DNA of 56,881 bases, from contig CAXTMM010000003.1 of the NCBI GenBank assembly GCA_964245415.1, forward strand, positions 12,854 through 69,734. Direction: 5' to 3'. Positions 37,839 through 48,713 of the stretch are shown in pieces; the stretch's first letter is position 1, and the number at the start of each line of letters is the position of its first letter. Source of the DNA: an uncultured Acidobacteriaceae bacterium (GTDB lineage: Bacteria; Acidobacteriota; Terriglobia; Terriglobales; Acidobacteriaceae). The translations under genes and the position numbers were made by a program. The notes beneath the pieces are model-generated. The model saw only the letters and a program-made list of their open reading frames with translations. It was not told the origin of the DNA and searched no databases.

Positions 37839-39416
37839 CTAGAAGCTTGCCTCAAACGTGTGAAACCTGTGTTCAAGCTCCCATTGCTGTTGCGCTTTTT
37901 CACTGCTGCTCATCAACTCAGCGCACGCGTTTGTTGGTTTTTCCATGCCCAACTGAGTGCGGCATGCATCAACTGGCTCGCTGAGGAGTTCGGGTGTGGA
38001 GGCACGCCACAGGCTCGCTCCAGGCAGGAAGCTGTGCTCGAGTGAAGTGCGCACCATCTGCTTGAGTTGTTCGTAGCTCAGGTGATAGGTCATTGCGGCG
38101 CGCACATACTCATGAGTCAGGTCGATGCGCGAGACGCCTTCATCGTCCGTCGAAAGCGCGACCGGCACATGCGCAGCCATGTAGAACGTGAGCGGGTGCT
38201 CATCGCCTTTCACGTTAAGAATGACATCGTTCGAGGTCAGATTGATCTCGACCATCACATGCTGCGCGGCCATCTCCTTCAGCAGCTCGTAGGGCCGGTC
38301 TTCGTACATCACGTCCACACCGTGGCCGATGCGTTGGGCGTGCGCCTGCTCAACCGCCTGGCGGATGTGAAAGGTAAGCTCCGAAGGTGGAACCATGCCC
38401 GGCGCAAGCTCGCCGGCGTGCAGCGAGATGTGAACCTTGGGGTAGAGCGCATGCAGGGCAGACAGGTCCGCCATGTCGGCTGCGTAGCTGGTGAGTGCGC
38501 TCACTGCGTCTTCAGGTCGCACAAGGTTTACGCCGACAAAGCGCGGATCAGCCGAGGCCAGCTCGAAGCCAAGCAGAATCTGGGCAAAGTCACTCTCCCG
38601 GCTCACACCGCGCAGCACCTGGTCAATGTAACGAAGCTCGACCTTGCAGGCAGGCAGCGGTGCTGAGGTGTCGCAGTGCTCGCGGGAGCGGCGTTCGGCC
38701 TCGGCGCGGTCCATGGCTTCGCGCGCCGCGGCGACACTGGCTTTCAGTCCGTCGTCGGCGATCATCTTGTTGCGGTAATCGGCCAGGTCGCTCTCATAGC
38801 CGATCTTCTCTGCCAATGCGACCGCGGCCTTGAAGTCGGGTGTGTCCATCAGCTCCATGTATTGCTCGTTCTGCGCAGCCGCCCGTGTCGCCACTTCGTC
38901 GAGCCACTCACCTTTGTGCCGCTTATCGATGCCCCCAAAGCGATCAAAAGTCGCGAAGAACTGGTCATGCCCGCTGTCACCCGTGACGGGGACAAAGGTG
39001 CGCATCGAAAAGGAGTTGATCAGCTGATCGTAAAGATGCTGGTCGCTCGCAACCGCGGAAGCAGGAACATCGCCTGCACGGCAGGATTTGTTCTCCTGCT
39101 TGCCGGTGCGATCAAGCGAAAGCGCCGCAGGGTCCACACACAAGCCATCTTCGGCAGCCTCGCTGAGCCAGGTCTCGGCGTAGATGGCGCCGGAGAGATG
39201 CACATGCAGGTCGGCGCCCTTCGGCATCTGCCACAGAAAGGCGTGCAGGGCGAGCGGACCCTGCTTCTGCGCCTGGGCAAAGGCGCGAGCTGCAGCAGTA
39301 CCATGCGTGGCTGGGATATGCTGCGCTGGTGCGCTATGCGTGAAAATGAGCAGAAGCCCAAGCGAGCAGGCGAACGAACGGTGGAGCAAGGCACGTAACA
39401 TCGGGGCTGCCCTCAA
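37839..39416 (-). CDS. Exported adenosine/AMP deaminase family protein
   Basis: MPKGADLHVHLSG, LHAGE, RIGHG and STDDEG; signal peptide. Start may be 39401. Confidence 0.92.
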   Translation of the reverse strand: MRAAPMLRALLHRSFACSLGLLLIFTHSAPAQHIPATHGTAAARAFAQAQKQGPLALHAFLWQMPKGADLHVHLSGAIYAETWLSEAAEDGLCVDPAALSLDRTGKQENKSCRAGDVPASAVASDQHLYDQLINSFSMRTFVPVTGDSGHDQFFATFDRFGGIDKRHKGEWLDEVATRAAAQNEQYMELMDTPDFKAAVALAEKIGYESDLADYRNKMIADDGLKASVAAAREAMDRAEAERRSREHCDTSAPLPACKVELRYIDQVLRGVSRESDFAQILLGFELASADPRFVGVNLVRPEDAVSALTSYAADMADLSALHALYPKVHISLHAGELAPGMVPPSELTFHIRQAVEQAHAQRIGHGVDVMYEDRPYELLKEMAAQHVMVEINLTSNDVILNVKGDEHPLTFYMAAHVPVALSTDDEGVSRIDLTHEYVRAAMTYHLSYEQLKQMVRTSLEHSFLPGASLWRASTPELLSEPVDACRTQLGMEKPTNACAELMSSSEKAQQQWELEHRFHTFEASF

Positions 39417-39434
39417 GCATGGATTAGGAGCAAT

Positions 39435-42116
39435 ATGTTTGCAGCAAGTGTATGGTATCGAACGTTTTCAAAGCCGGCCTGCGCGTTGATCCTGGCCGGT
39501 TTGTCGGTCGTCGCTGCGACGGCTTACGCAGGGCAGTCGACAGGAGGACCTTGGCTGCAGCCGGTTGCTTACTTTCCCTTGGCCACCGATGCGTCAACCG
39601 GCAACCTGACCATTCGCCAACACGCCGAGGCGCTCAAGCCTTTTACAGTGGCAGGCAAGTGCGGAGCGTTCGTAGGCCAGCAGGATGGCAGCTTCGAAGC
39701 GTGGACCTGGCCGCTCAAGCTGATCTCCCACTTCCGGATTGAGGCGCACCTCGAGGATTACTCGATCCCGATCGATGTGAACGAGCAGGGCGCCGAGATT
39801 GAAGTCGCGCCTGACCGGACGATAATCACCTACTCACACGCTGCGTTCACGGTGCGCGAGATTCTCTTTGCGCCGCAGTGCAATGCGAATGGGACCGGGA
39901 TCATGGCGTTCTTCCAGATCGACGCGCTTCGCCCGATGACGCTGACCTTCAACTTCACCCCGGAGGTGAAGCGGATGTGGCCGGCCGAGAACCCAAACGC
40001 GCCATCGCCCGAGTGGGTCAAGCTTGCCGGCGGCGGCGGGTATTACCTGCTGCATACCGATTTCCCAACCCTGGCCGGCGCAGTCGCCATACCGGGGACC
40101 GAGCCTGGCATTCTCGCGCCCTACCAGGAAAGGCCAAAGGACTGGCCGTTGCAGCTCATTCTGCACTACGACCCGAAGCGGGATGGAGCAAAGTATTTTC
40201 CCTTGCTGATGGCGGCTGGCGACACCGCGGAGAACGCGAGCGACGCGCACTTGGCCAGCGAGTTGCAGCGGCTGAGCGAGGGTGCGCGCAAGGCGTACCA
40301 GCAGACGGCCGATTACTACGCGCACTTTTTCGATCACCGTCTGGTGGCCGAGACGCCCGAGCCGCGTATAGACCAGGCTCTGCGATGGGCCGAGATCTCG
40401 ATCGACCAGCTGCGTGTGCAGCATGGCTCCGAGGTGGGGCTGGTAGCCGGGCTGTACAGCTCGGGCGACTCGACCCGTCCGGGCTTCGGCTGGTTCTTTG
40501 GGCGCGACTCGCTGTACACCCTCTACGCGGTCAACAGCTACGGCGACTTTGCGCTGGCGCGGCAGGAATTCGAGTTCCTGCTCAAGCGGCAGCGGGCCGA
40601 TGGCAAGATCATGCACGAGTTCTCGCAGACGGCCGAAGATGTGGATTGGCTTGCGTTTCCCTACCAGTACGCGGCTGCCGATGCGACGCCGCTCTTTCTG
40701 ATGGCGATGGCAGATTATGTGTCAGCCAGCGGCGATGTTGGGTTTGCCCGGCAGCACGCGGCGCAGATCGACAAGGCATGGGAGTTCGAGCGCACGCACG
40801 ATGCAGACGGCGATGGGATCTACGACAACGCGCAGGGCACCGGCTGGGTAGAAAGCTGGATCCCAGCGATGCCGAAGCAAGAGATTTACATGGCCGCGCT
40901 CGATCAGCAGGCGAGCCAGGCGTATGCCAAGCTCGCTACGATGATGGGCAAGACGGCTGAGGCGCTGGCGGCTACCGAGCGCGCGCAGAAGATCGCCGTC
41001 ACTCTCGATCGAGAGTATCGGATTCCATTCAAGACCTACTCCGGGAATAATCCTCACGGAGAAGGCTCCCTTTACGCCTTCAGCCATAATGCAGGTGCTA
41101 GCTCAGCCCCAGCATCAGGAGAGCCCGCTCTGCTCGACATGACGCACACCATCTACCCGGCCGTCGCCTGGTGGGATGGCGACTACGCGCTCAAGGATCC
41201 GGACGCGATGTTCCAGGAGTGGGCATCGAGCGAGTTTTCAACCGACTGGGGCACCCGCGATGTGGGCGAACACGAGGCGATCTACGACCCGATCAGCTAC
41301 CACCAGGGCTCGGTGTGGCCGCTCTATACCGGCTGGGCATCACTCGCCGAGTACCGTACTGGACGCCCGCTTGCCGGCTATGCGCACCTGATGCAGAACC
41401 TTAACCTGACCTGGGCGCAGGATCTGGGCGCCGTGACCGAGCTGCTCTCCGGCGCCTACTTCCAGCCCATGGGCCGGTCGACTACCCACCAGCTCTGGTC
41501 CTCTGCCATGGTGCTGACACCGACAATTCGTGGACTTTTTGGCTTGCGCTTTGACGCGACTGCCCACGCCTTACAGCTCGATCCTCATCTGCCTGCGGAG
41601 TGGGACCATGCGACCTTGCGCCACGTGCCCGTGGGAAGCGACGCCGGCACTCCGGAGATGGTTGCGCTGGTCTTTACCCGGGAAGGCACAACGATGATGG
41701 TGCGGGCCGAACCTGAGGCTGGTAACGCGAAGACGCCTGCTCTCTTCGGCCCTAACGGGATTGCAGCCAAGGAAGGCGTGTTGCGTCTGCCACTGCCCGG
41801 CGCCGAAATCGCGATCCCGGCGGAGCTTCCGCTGCCTGGCGCCCGCACCGCCCAGCTCAAAGTGATCGAGCAGCACATCGATGCGCACAGCGCCAGCTGG
41901 CTGCTTGAAGCGCAGGGCGGCTCTAGATACACGCTGCCGTTGCGTCTGAACGGGGTCGGTCCGGCGCACGCCGAGGGCGCGACGCTCGCTCAAACGGATC
42001 TGTCGTCCCGGCAGATCCACACCCTTCAAGCTGAAAAGAGCGCGCTCGCCACACTAGAGGTGCACTTCCCCGACGGGCCCGGGCACACGCAGCAACGCAT
42101 GATCGTGCGCTGGTAA
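39435..42116 (+). CDS. Exported amylo-alpha-1,6-glucosidase-like (alpha/alpha)6 glycoside hydrolase
   Basis: WFFGRDS, ADATPLF, YHQGSVWP and HQLWSS; signal peptide. Confidence 0.85.
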   Translation: MFAASVWYRTFSKPACALILAGLSVVAATAYAGQSTGGPWLQPVAYFPLATDASTGNLTIRQHAEALKPFTVAGKCGAFVGQQDGSFEAWTWPLKLISHFRIEAHLEDYSIPIDVNEQGAEIEVAPDRTIITYSHAAFTVREILFAPQCNANGTGIMAFFQIDALRPMTLTFNFTPEVKRMWPAENPNAPSPEWVKLAGGGGYYLLHTDFPTLAGAVAIPGTEPGILAPYQERPKDWPLQLILHYDPKRDGAKYFPLLMAAGDTAENASDAHLASELQRLSEGARKAYQQTADYYAHFFDHRLVAETPEPRIDQALRWAEISIDQLRVQHGSEVGLVAGLYSSGDSTRPGFGWFFGRDSLYTLYAVNSYGDFALARQEFEFLLKRQRADGKIMHEFSQTAEDVDWLAFPYQYAAADATPLFLMAMADYVSASGDVGFARQHAAQIDKAWEFERTHDADGDGIYDNAQGTGWVESWIPAMPKQEIYMAALDQQASQAYAKLATMMGKTAEALAATERAQKIAVTLDREYRIPFKTYSGNNPHGEGSLYAFSHNAGASSAPASGEPALLDMTHTIYPAVAWWDGDYALKDPDAMFQEWASSEFSTDWGTRDVGEHEAIYDPISYHQGSVWPLYTGWASLAEYRTGRPLAGYAHLMQNLNLTWAQDLGAVTELLSGAYFQPMGRSTTHQLWSSAMVLTPTIRGLFGLRFDATAHALQLDPHLPAEWDHATLRHVPVGSDAGTPEMVALVFTREGTTMMVRAEPEAGNAKTPALFGPNGIAAKEGVLRLPLPGAEIAIPAELPLPGARTAQLKVIEQHIDAHSASWLLEAQGGSRYTLPLRLNGVGPAHAEGATLAQTDLSSRQIHTLQAEKSALATLEVHFPDGPGHTQQRMIVRW

Positions 42117-42175
42117 GGGCGAGGTTTGTTGGTTCGTGACGCTGCAGCAGGCGCATCTTACCCGCGAGGCCGTCA

Positions 42176-42634
42176 ATGTTCTGGATCGCGATCGTGTTTG
42201 CACTTGCCGCGGGCGCGGCCAACCCGTTCCAGGCTGGCACCAATGCAGAGCTGAACAAGCATCTTGGCCAGCCGATGCTGGCAGGGGTATGGGTCTATGT
42301 CAGCGGACTTGCCGGGGTGCTTGTATTGGCCCTGCTGACCCGTCAGCTTTCGCTTAACCATCTCACCCGTGCAAGCGCCGCAGTAGCGCACGCGCCATGG
42401 TGGGCGTGGTGTGGCGGGGCGATCAGCATCGGATCGACGATCGCTGGGCTGGTCTTCGCACAGCGCCTGGGCGCTGGAGTCTTTACCGGGCTCAGCATCA
42501 CGGCTTCGGTGGTGCTCTCCACGCTGCTTGATCAGTTCGGATGGATCGGTTTTAAGCAGCATACGGCTTCGCCGGCACGCCTGGCAGGATGTGCGCTGCT
42601 GATCGGAGGCGTGTGGCTGGTAGCACGCTTCTGA
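42176..42634 (+). CDS. DMT superfamily transporter (YdcZ-like)
   Basis: PFQAGTNAEL, PWWAWCGG and LLDQFGWIG; about 5 TM helices. Confidence 0.9.
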   Translation: MFWIAIVFALAAGAANPFQAGTNAELNKHLGQPMLAGVWVYVSGLAGVLVLALLTRQLSLNHLTRASAAVAHAPWWAWCGGAISIGSTIAGLVFAQRLGAGVFTGLSITASVVLSTLLDQFGWIGFKQHTASPARLAGCALLIGGVWLVARF

Positions 42635-42766
42635 CCGGCGAGCATTGGCCGTGGACCGTTGCTTTGCTATACTACGGAAGTTGTCCGATGCCGCCCGCAT
42701 GCGTTGACACCGCCCGCGCGATCCTCTCCCGCAGGTGTTCTTGGAAGTGTTCCTGCAACCTCCCAA

Positions 42767-42841
42767 GGCCAGATAGCTCAGTGGTAGAGCGCGGCCCTGA
42801 AAAGGCCGGCGTCGGCGGTTCAATCCCGTCTCTGGCCACCA
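42767..42841 (+). tRNA. tRNA-Phe (GAA)
   Basis: Cloverleaf: acceptor GGCCAGA/TCTGGCC, D-arm GCTC/GAGC, anticodon stem CGGCC-CTGAAAA-GGCCG, TTCAATC T-loop, encoded CCA. Confidence 0.98.
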
Positions 42842-43189
42842 CCTCTTTACAGCGACCTGCGAAGCAGTCAGACTACTCGGTCTGGCCGCCACTCTAATTC
42901 GCTGCTCCCGGGGGGGTATAAGCACAAACTCGCACGTCTCCTGTGTCCCGCAGAAGAGAACGCCGCCGCGAAGCAGCAAAGCATGCGAGTTTTTTGGGAT
43001 GGCCAGTCCTAAGTCAAGGCGCGACAACTCCTGCCTCTGGCTGCGCAGCGGCTTGTCTCCACTCACAAACGCAATCTTCTCCGTTTTTGTCGCCGAGGCT
43101 TGCAGATAAAAATAGCTGACCCCTTGAGCGCAGACGGCCGTGGCATGCGAAAAGTACGCTCGGCCTGCAGAACTGCCTGAGCATGCGGC

Positions 43190-44306
43190 TTAGATTGCGC
43201 GATACCCTGCTTTGCAAGTGTCGCCATTCTGCTGCGCAGCTGGGCCACCATTGGCGCAGTAGATTCCGCCGATCAGCCCGGCCGCTACCTTAAAACCTTC
43301 CGCGTGCAGCAGCGCAGCGAGCACCGTGTGCTTGTCCTTGCAGTCGTCATACTGGTTGGTCAGCACCTCGGCAGCCATGTGCGGCTGGTAGCGTCCAACC
43401 CCGAAATCAATCCCGATGTAATGGTCATGGGTGGAAACATAGTCGTAGAGCAAGCAAACCTTCTCGGTATCGGTCTTCGCGTTAGCCGTTAGCGAGTCAG
43501 CCTTCGCCTGGATCGCGGGTGTGACAGCATCACGCCCGGCCATTAGCCCGCGATACCACAGTTCAACCGCCTCCCAGCTGGGAAAGCTCGTCCAGGCGAT
43601 AGGAGGCTTGGTGTCCCTTGGCGCGCCGTCATCCTCTTTCGCCGAGGTAGGGCGCAGCTGCGATCCCTTCCAGCGATAGACGCGCTCGTCCGCGGCTTCA
43701 GAGATGTCGGGCGTGTGCTCAGGGCTCCAGACCGTGATGTGCTTCTGCCGGGCACGTGCAGCTCGATCAAGCGCTCGAGATAGACCGCGCCCAGCCCAAG
43801 TTCTCCTGACCCCGGAACTCTCCCGGAATCTCTGGCTGCTGCTGCGTCATCAGGAAGGAAACTCCAGCTTGTCGCCGACAGCGAGCGACCGCACTAGGAG
43901 CTGCTTGACGTGCAGGTCGCTATACATGGGAGCGAGCTGCGTGACCTGAGCAGGCTGGCCCTGCGCGTCCTCGGCAGGGGTCTCGACCACGCTGCCGTCG
44001 GGCTTGCGGACGCGCGCCTAGACGATCGCAAGCTGCTGGGCGCCGCTCCGCGTAAGGGAAGCTGAGCATGGCAAAGTTCTGCAGCGCGGCAGTGGACTGT
44101 ATGCGCAGCACGCTCGTCTCAAGCTTGGTGCCGGTGCCATCGGCGGCATAGCGGTAGACGATATCGTCCCTCTCGACCACGGCGGCCTCATCGGCGTAGC
44201 CGGGCTCCAGGCTCGCGGATTTGCTTGCAGCTGGTGGTTGGGGCGCCTGCGGTAGCGACGGTAAACAGGCAAACAGGACGGCAAAGGCGAGCATAGCTAT
44301 GCGCAT
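43190..44306 (-). pseudogene. Degraded DUF3857 + transglutaminase-like domain protein
   Basis: Signal peptide and LRIQS...LSFPYA, then a frameshift and an in-frame TAG at 44018-44020 before ARVRKPDGSVVETP. Later fragments WYRGL and GIDFGVGRYQPH...DDCKDKHT lie in other frames; the C-terminus is missing. Confidence 0.88.
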
Positions 44307-44649
44307 GGCTGTTGATGAGTAGCAAAAAGGTAAGGTGGGATGGCAGCGTTTTCTGCTCGCGTTAGCCTATGTGCTCGACGGATTCCGCAGCACGCTTTCC
44401 TGTTGAGGCAAGCGCGGGTTCGGCGCGGTTTGGTCGTCCATGGCACTGTGTTTACGACCCGTAGTGCAGATGGAGGGAAGCTCCTACCGCAGTCAACAAA
44501 GTGTTCAGACCGAGAGTAGTGGAGTGTAGCTCTCTTAGCTTCGTTCTGTGATCTTGAATTTCCGCTAAGGCAGGCAGCAGCATTGTCCTGGAGTCAGAAA
44601 GCCGCCCACTGAAGTCTGTTCGGTAGTTCATGTTGCAAACTGCTGTCAC

Positions 44650-45660
44650 TTATCTGAGTGAAGGCCAGTCACGGGACCACCTGATCTGCTTCACCCACAG
44701 ATAGCCAGTCGGATCGGAGCCCATCTTTAAAGCGTGAAAGACAAACAAACTCTCGCCTGATGAATCGATGTAAGCGGCCCCGCCTCCGGGTGCGTTCCAA
44801 ACGGAGCCTTTCTCGAGCAGCACCGTGCCTCCACCTGCTCCCATGTCGACGCCCGCCCTGTCGAAAAATGGCCCGTGAGGACTGGTAGCTCGCCCCACCG
44901 CTTCCCTGTAGTCGTCCTGCTTGTAATTTGCCCGGCAGCAGTGACCGGTTGAGACAAAGAGGTAGTAGTAGCCGCCATGGCGAACGAGCGAGCCGCCTTC
45001 GATCGCATGGTCCCCCTTTGGCCTGCTGGCAAGCGCATAGATGGCTGGGTCTGAGCTGGAGAGTTTGCCAGTCGCTACGTCGATGCGCCTCTGCTTGATG
45101 CCGGTCCAGAAGCTGCCATAAGTCAGCCAAACGGCGCTGTCCCCATCGACCAGGATGTTCGGGTCAAGCGCATTGAAGTCGTCATGCCCCGACGAGCTGA
45201 GCACCGCACCCTGGTCGACCCATCGATATGCCGGCGAAGCGCTGTCGAGGGTAGTGTTGGTCGCCAGCCCAATCACCGACACCTGTGAGCCGAGTGTCGA
45301 GGCCGCATAGTACACGTGGTAGAGGTGATCAAAGTAGGAGATGTCGGGCGCCCAAAGATTGATCGCGCCAGGCGCTGCTGTGGCAATCCAGGCTGGCATC
45401 GCCGGGAACACGTAGCCGCAAGCATGCCAGCTGACCTTATCTGTCGAACAGCGGATAGGAAGAAAACCGGTTTGGCCTGCGAGAACAGCATCAGTAGCGA
45501 AGAGGTAATACGTGCCGGCCTGACGCATTACGCTGGGGTCACGCACCGGGAAGGTATTGCCCGCGAGCAGATACGCGCCAAGCGTGGCCAAACTCCCGCC
45601 GGCGTGGCAACCTACGAGAAGTGATAGGCAAGCAGGCAGCGCCAATGTTCTCAGCCCCAT
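44650..45660 (-). CDS. GH43 arabinan endo-1,5-alpha-L-arabinosidase, probable lipoprotein
   Basis: VRDPS, WAPDI, NALDP, YGSFWTGI, AIEG and YYYLFVS; LLVGC lipobox. Start uncertain (ORF extends to 45747). Confidence 0.9.
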   Translation of the reverse strand: MGLRTLALPACLSLLVGCHAGGSLATLGAYLLAGNTFPVRDPSVMRQAGTYYLFATDAVLAGQTGFLPIRCSTDKVSWHACGYVFPAMPAWIATAAPGAINLWAPDISYFDHLYHVYYAASTLGSQVSVIGLATNTTLDSASPAYRWVDQGAVLSSSGHDDFNALDPNILVDGDSAVWLTYGSFWTGIKQRRIDVATGKLSSSDPAIYALASRPKGDHAIEGGSLVRHGGYYYLFVSTGHCCRANYKQDDYREAVGRATSPHGPFFDRAGVDMGAGGGTVLLEKGSVWNAPGGGAAYIDSSGESLFVFHALKMGSDPTGYLWVKQIRWSRDWPSLR

Positions 45661-45794
45661 GCGCAACTGGCTCACCTTCTGCGTGGCTGACACGTGTCTA
45701 TGGTACAGCCGGCGGCTCTGGCCCTGCGGGCTGCGACGAATGCTCAAGCAAACAGGGAGGCCATATAGCCTCTCCGTTCACCTACCACGACCAG

Positions 45795-46967
<1,173 letters not shown>

Positions 46968-47135
46968 TGGTGTTTCCTCCATGGCGCGGAGGCTGAACGA
47001 GAGACTCCCCATCTGGACTATGCACGCCTTGAAGCAATCTTAAGCAGGCGTGATGCGACCAGATGGAGAGCTTACGAGCCGGCAGCATCGGTTCAGGAGG
47101 CCAGCCCGGGTGTTCAGCACAAGCGCATCTAGCAT
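46968..47135 (-). promoter_or_regulatory. Structured 5' leader of metK (candidate cis-regulatory RNA)
   Basis: TAGCAT -10-like hexamer at 47139-47144; nested 12-bp and 7-bp stems; two CCTCC anti-SD copies. Confidence 0.5.
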
Positions 47136-47236
47136 TCCATGCTACTAGACGGCTACAGCCGCGGGCAAAGACGCCGGGGCTGAGCAGCGATCAAGGGCGA
47201 GCGAGTGGGCGCCTGGCGATGTGAGTGGTGAAAGGG

Positions 47237-47644
47237 CTAACGAGCGTTTGCCGATGGTTGGCCCGGTGCCTGTGCCGGCATGACCAGCAAGAGAAAGCCT
47301 GCGATTAGCCCGGCATTGAGCCCGCCAAAGCAGAGTACGTAGCGCACATAGTTGGCGGCAAGGTCGGGCAGCGCGGCGAATCCCTCATTCATGTGCGTAT
47401 CACCCACGAGTGCGCTGAAGGGAAATGTAAAGAGCGAGAGCTGGGGCAAAGCGTTGCTAAAGAGCGGGCTGGTGGCTAGGCCATAGAGGCAGATACCGTG
47501 CAGCAGGGCGATATAGCCAACAGCCGCCCACACGGCTGACGGCCTACGGGTGCGGGCAACGAGCAGACGGGCGAGTGGCCATAGCGCACCCAAAGCGGTG
47601 AACAGGAACGCAACTGCGTAGCCGCGCGCGTGAAGTCCAGGCAT
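47237..47644 (-). CDS. Hypothetical membrane protein
   Basis: 135 aa with 3-4 hydrophobic segments. Confidence 0.7.
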   Translation of the reverse strand: MPGLHARGYAVAFLFTALGALWPLARLLVARTRRPSAVWAAVGYIALLHGICLYGLATSPLFSNALPQLSLFTFPFSALVGDTHMNEGFAALPDLAANYVRYVLCFGGLNAGLIAGFLLLVMPAQAPGQPSANAR

Positions 47645-47720
47645 AGCTATCAGTATCGATGATGGCGCTGCAAAGCGGTGGATGCGCCAGGCGATCCGTT
47701 CAACTCAGGGACCTTTGAGA

Positions 47721-48233
47721 TTACTCGCTCCAAAACCGTGTCACGCTCGATGTCGCAGGCGCTGCATGTGCGATCACCGATCGTGATGGAGAAGCCTGCC
47801 ACGCCGAAACCGCGCGATCGCTGACAAACCGCGCCACGTACCAGCTGAAGAGCGCAAGCAGGGGCAGCAGCAGCGCCACGCCTGCCCAGCGCATCCGCTG
47901 GGTTGCGCGCGGCGGCTCCGGCTTGCGCGCACGGCCGACGTTTTCCGCAAACTCCATCCAGGCCACATCGTCATCCTTGAGCTGGCCACTCTGGTGGTAA
48001 GCCGACAGGTAGCGGCCTACCCACTGGTCCTCATCGAGGCCCACTACCCGCGCGTAACCGCGCACCATCCCCTTGCTCAGGACTCCGCCCGGCAGCACAT
48101 CAAAGCGTTCTTCTTCGAGCGCGACGAGGTGCCGTTCGCTGATCTTGGTGATGCCCGTGATGCTGCCAAGCGCAATCCCACGTGACTCGCGTTCCCTGCG
48201 CAGCTCGTAGCCAAACTGACCCATACTCATCAT
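47721..48233 (-). CDS. RodZ-like HTH (HTH_25) protein with TM anchor, short form
   Basis: LRRERESRGIAL, TKISERHLVALEE and PGGVLSKGMVRGYAR; single TM; no large periplasmic domain. Confidence 0.88.
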   Translation of the reverse strand: MMSMGQFGYELRRERESRGIALGSITGITKISERHLVALEEERFDVLPGGVLSKGMVRGYARVVGLDEDQWVGRYLSAYHQSGQLKDDDVAWMEFAENVGRARKPEPPRATQRMRWAGVALLLPLLALFSWYVARFVSDRAVSAWQASPSRSVIAHAAPATSSVTRFWSE

Positions 48234-48713
48234 CCCGCTGGAAGATGTACCAGGACGCTCTCCCCTAACCTTATGACTCTCGATTCCGATGCGTCAAAGG
48301 AAATGGGTAATGCTTAGTGACATTCGATATCCCTGTTTCCTTCATTTTTGATGCTTGTTTCCCAAATTGGAACCCTAAACCTCCACATCCGACATTCTGT
48401 ACACACCTCGCTACTTGCAAAGCGCCTGCATCACCAGTAACCCTCTTCATGAAAGTCAACGAATCAGTGCGTTCCTTCAGGTAGCCCACAATCCTGCTTC
48501 TAGCGCGTTATTTGCTACACTTCGAGGTAGCGCGTATACACGGAGCGGCCCCGCGAAGCGCGGACATACTGTTGCTTCTCTTGAACCATATCGTCCAGTA
48601 CAGCCCTTTGCATCAGCCCGATTGCATTTTTATGCACAAAGGCAGAGCACTGCCGGCGGCACTTCGCCGTCTCTAGAAATTCGTAGGATCCGAAGGGTCA
48701 AATAAGACCGCGC

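Noticed and set aside
42173-43066. 297-aa minus-strand ORF
   Set aside because: Runs across tRNA-Phe and the DMT gene; not protein-like.
46968-47145. Canonical SAM-I riboswitch call
   Set aside because: The P2 kink-turn, GCAACC/GGTGC P3 and four-way junction could not be found; kept only as a candidate novel leader.
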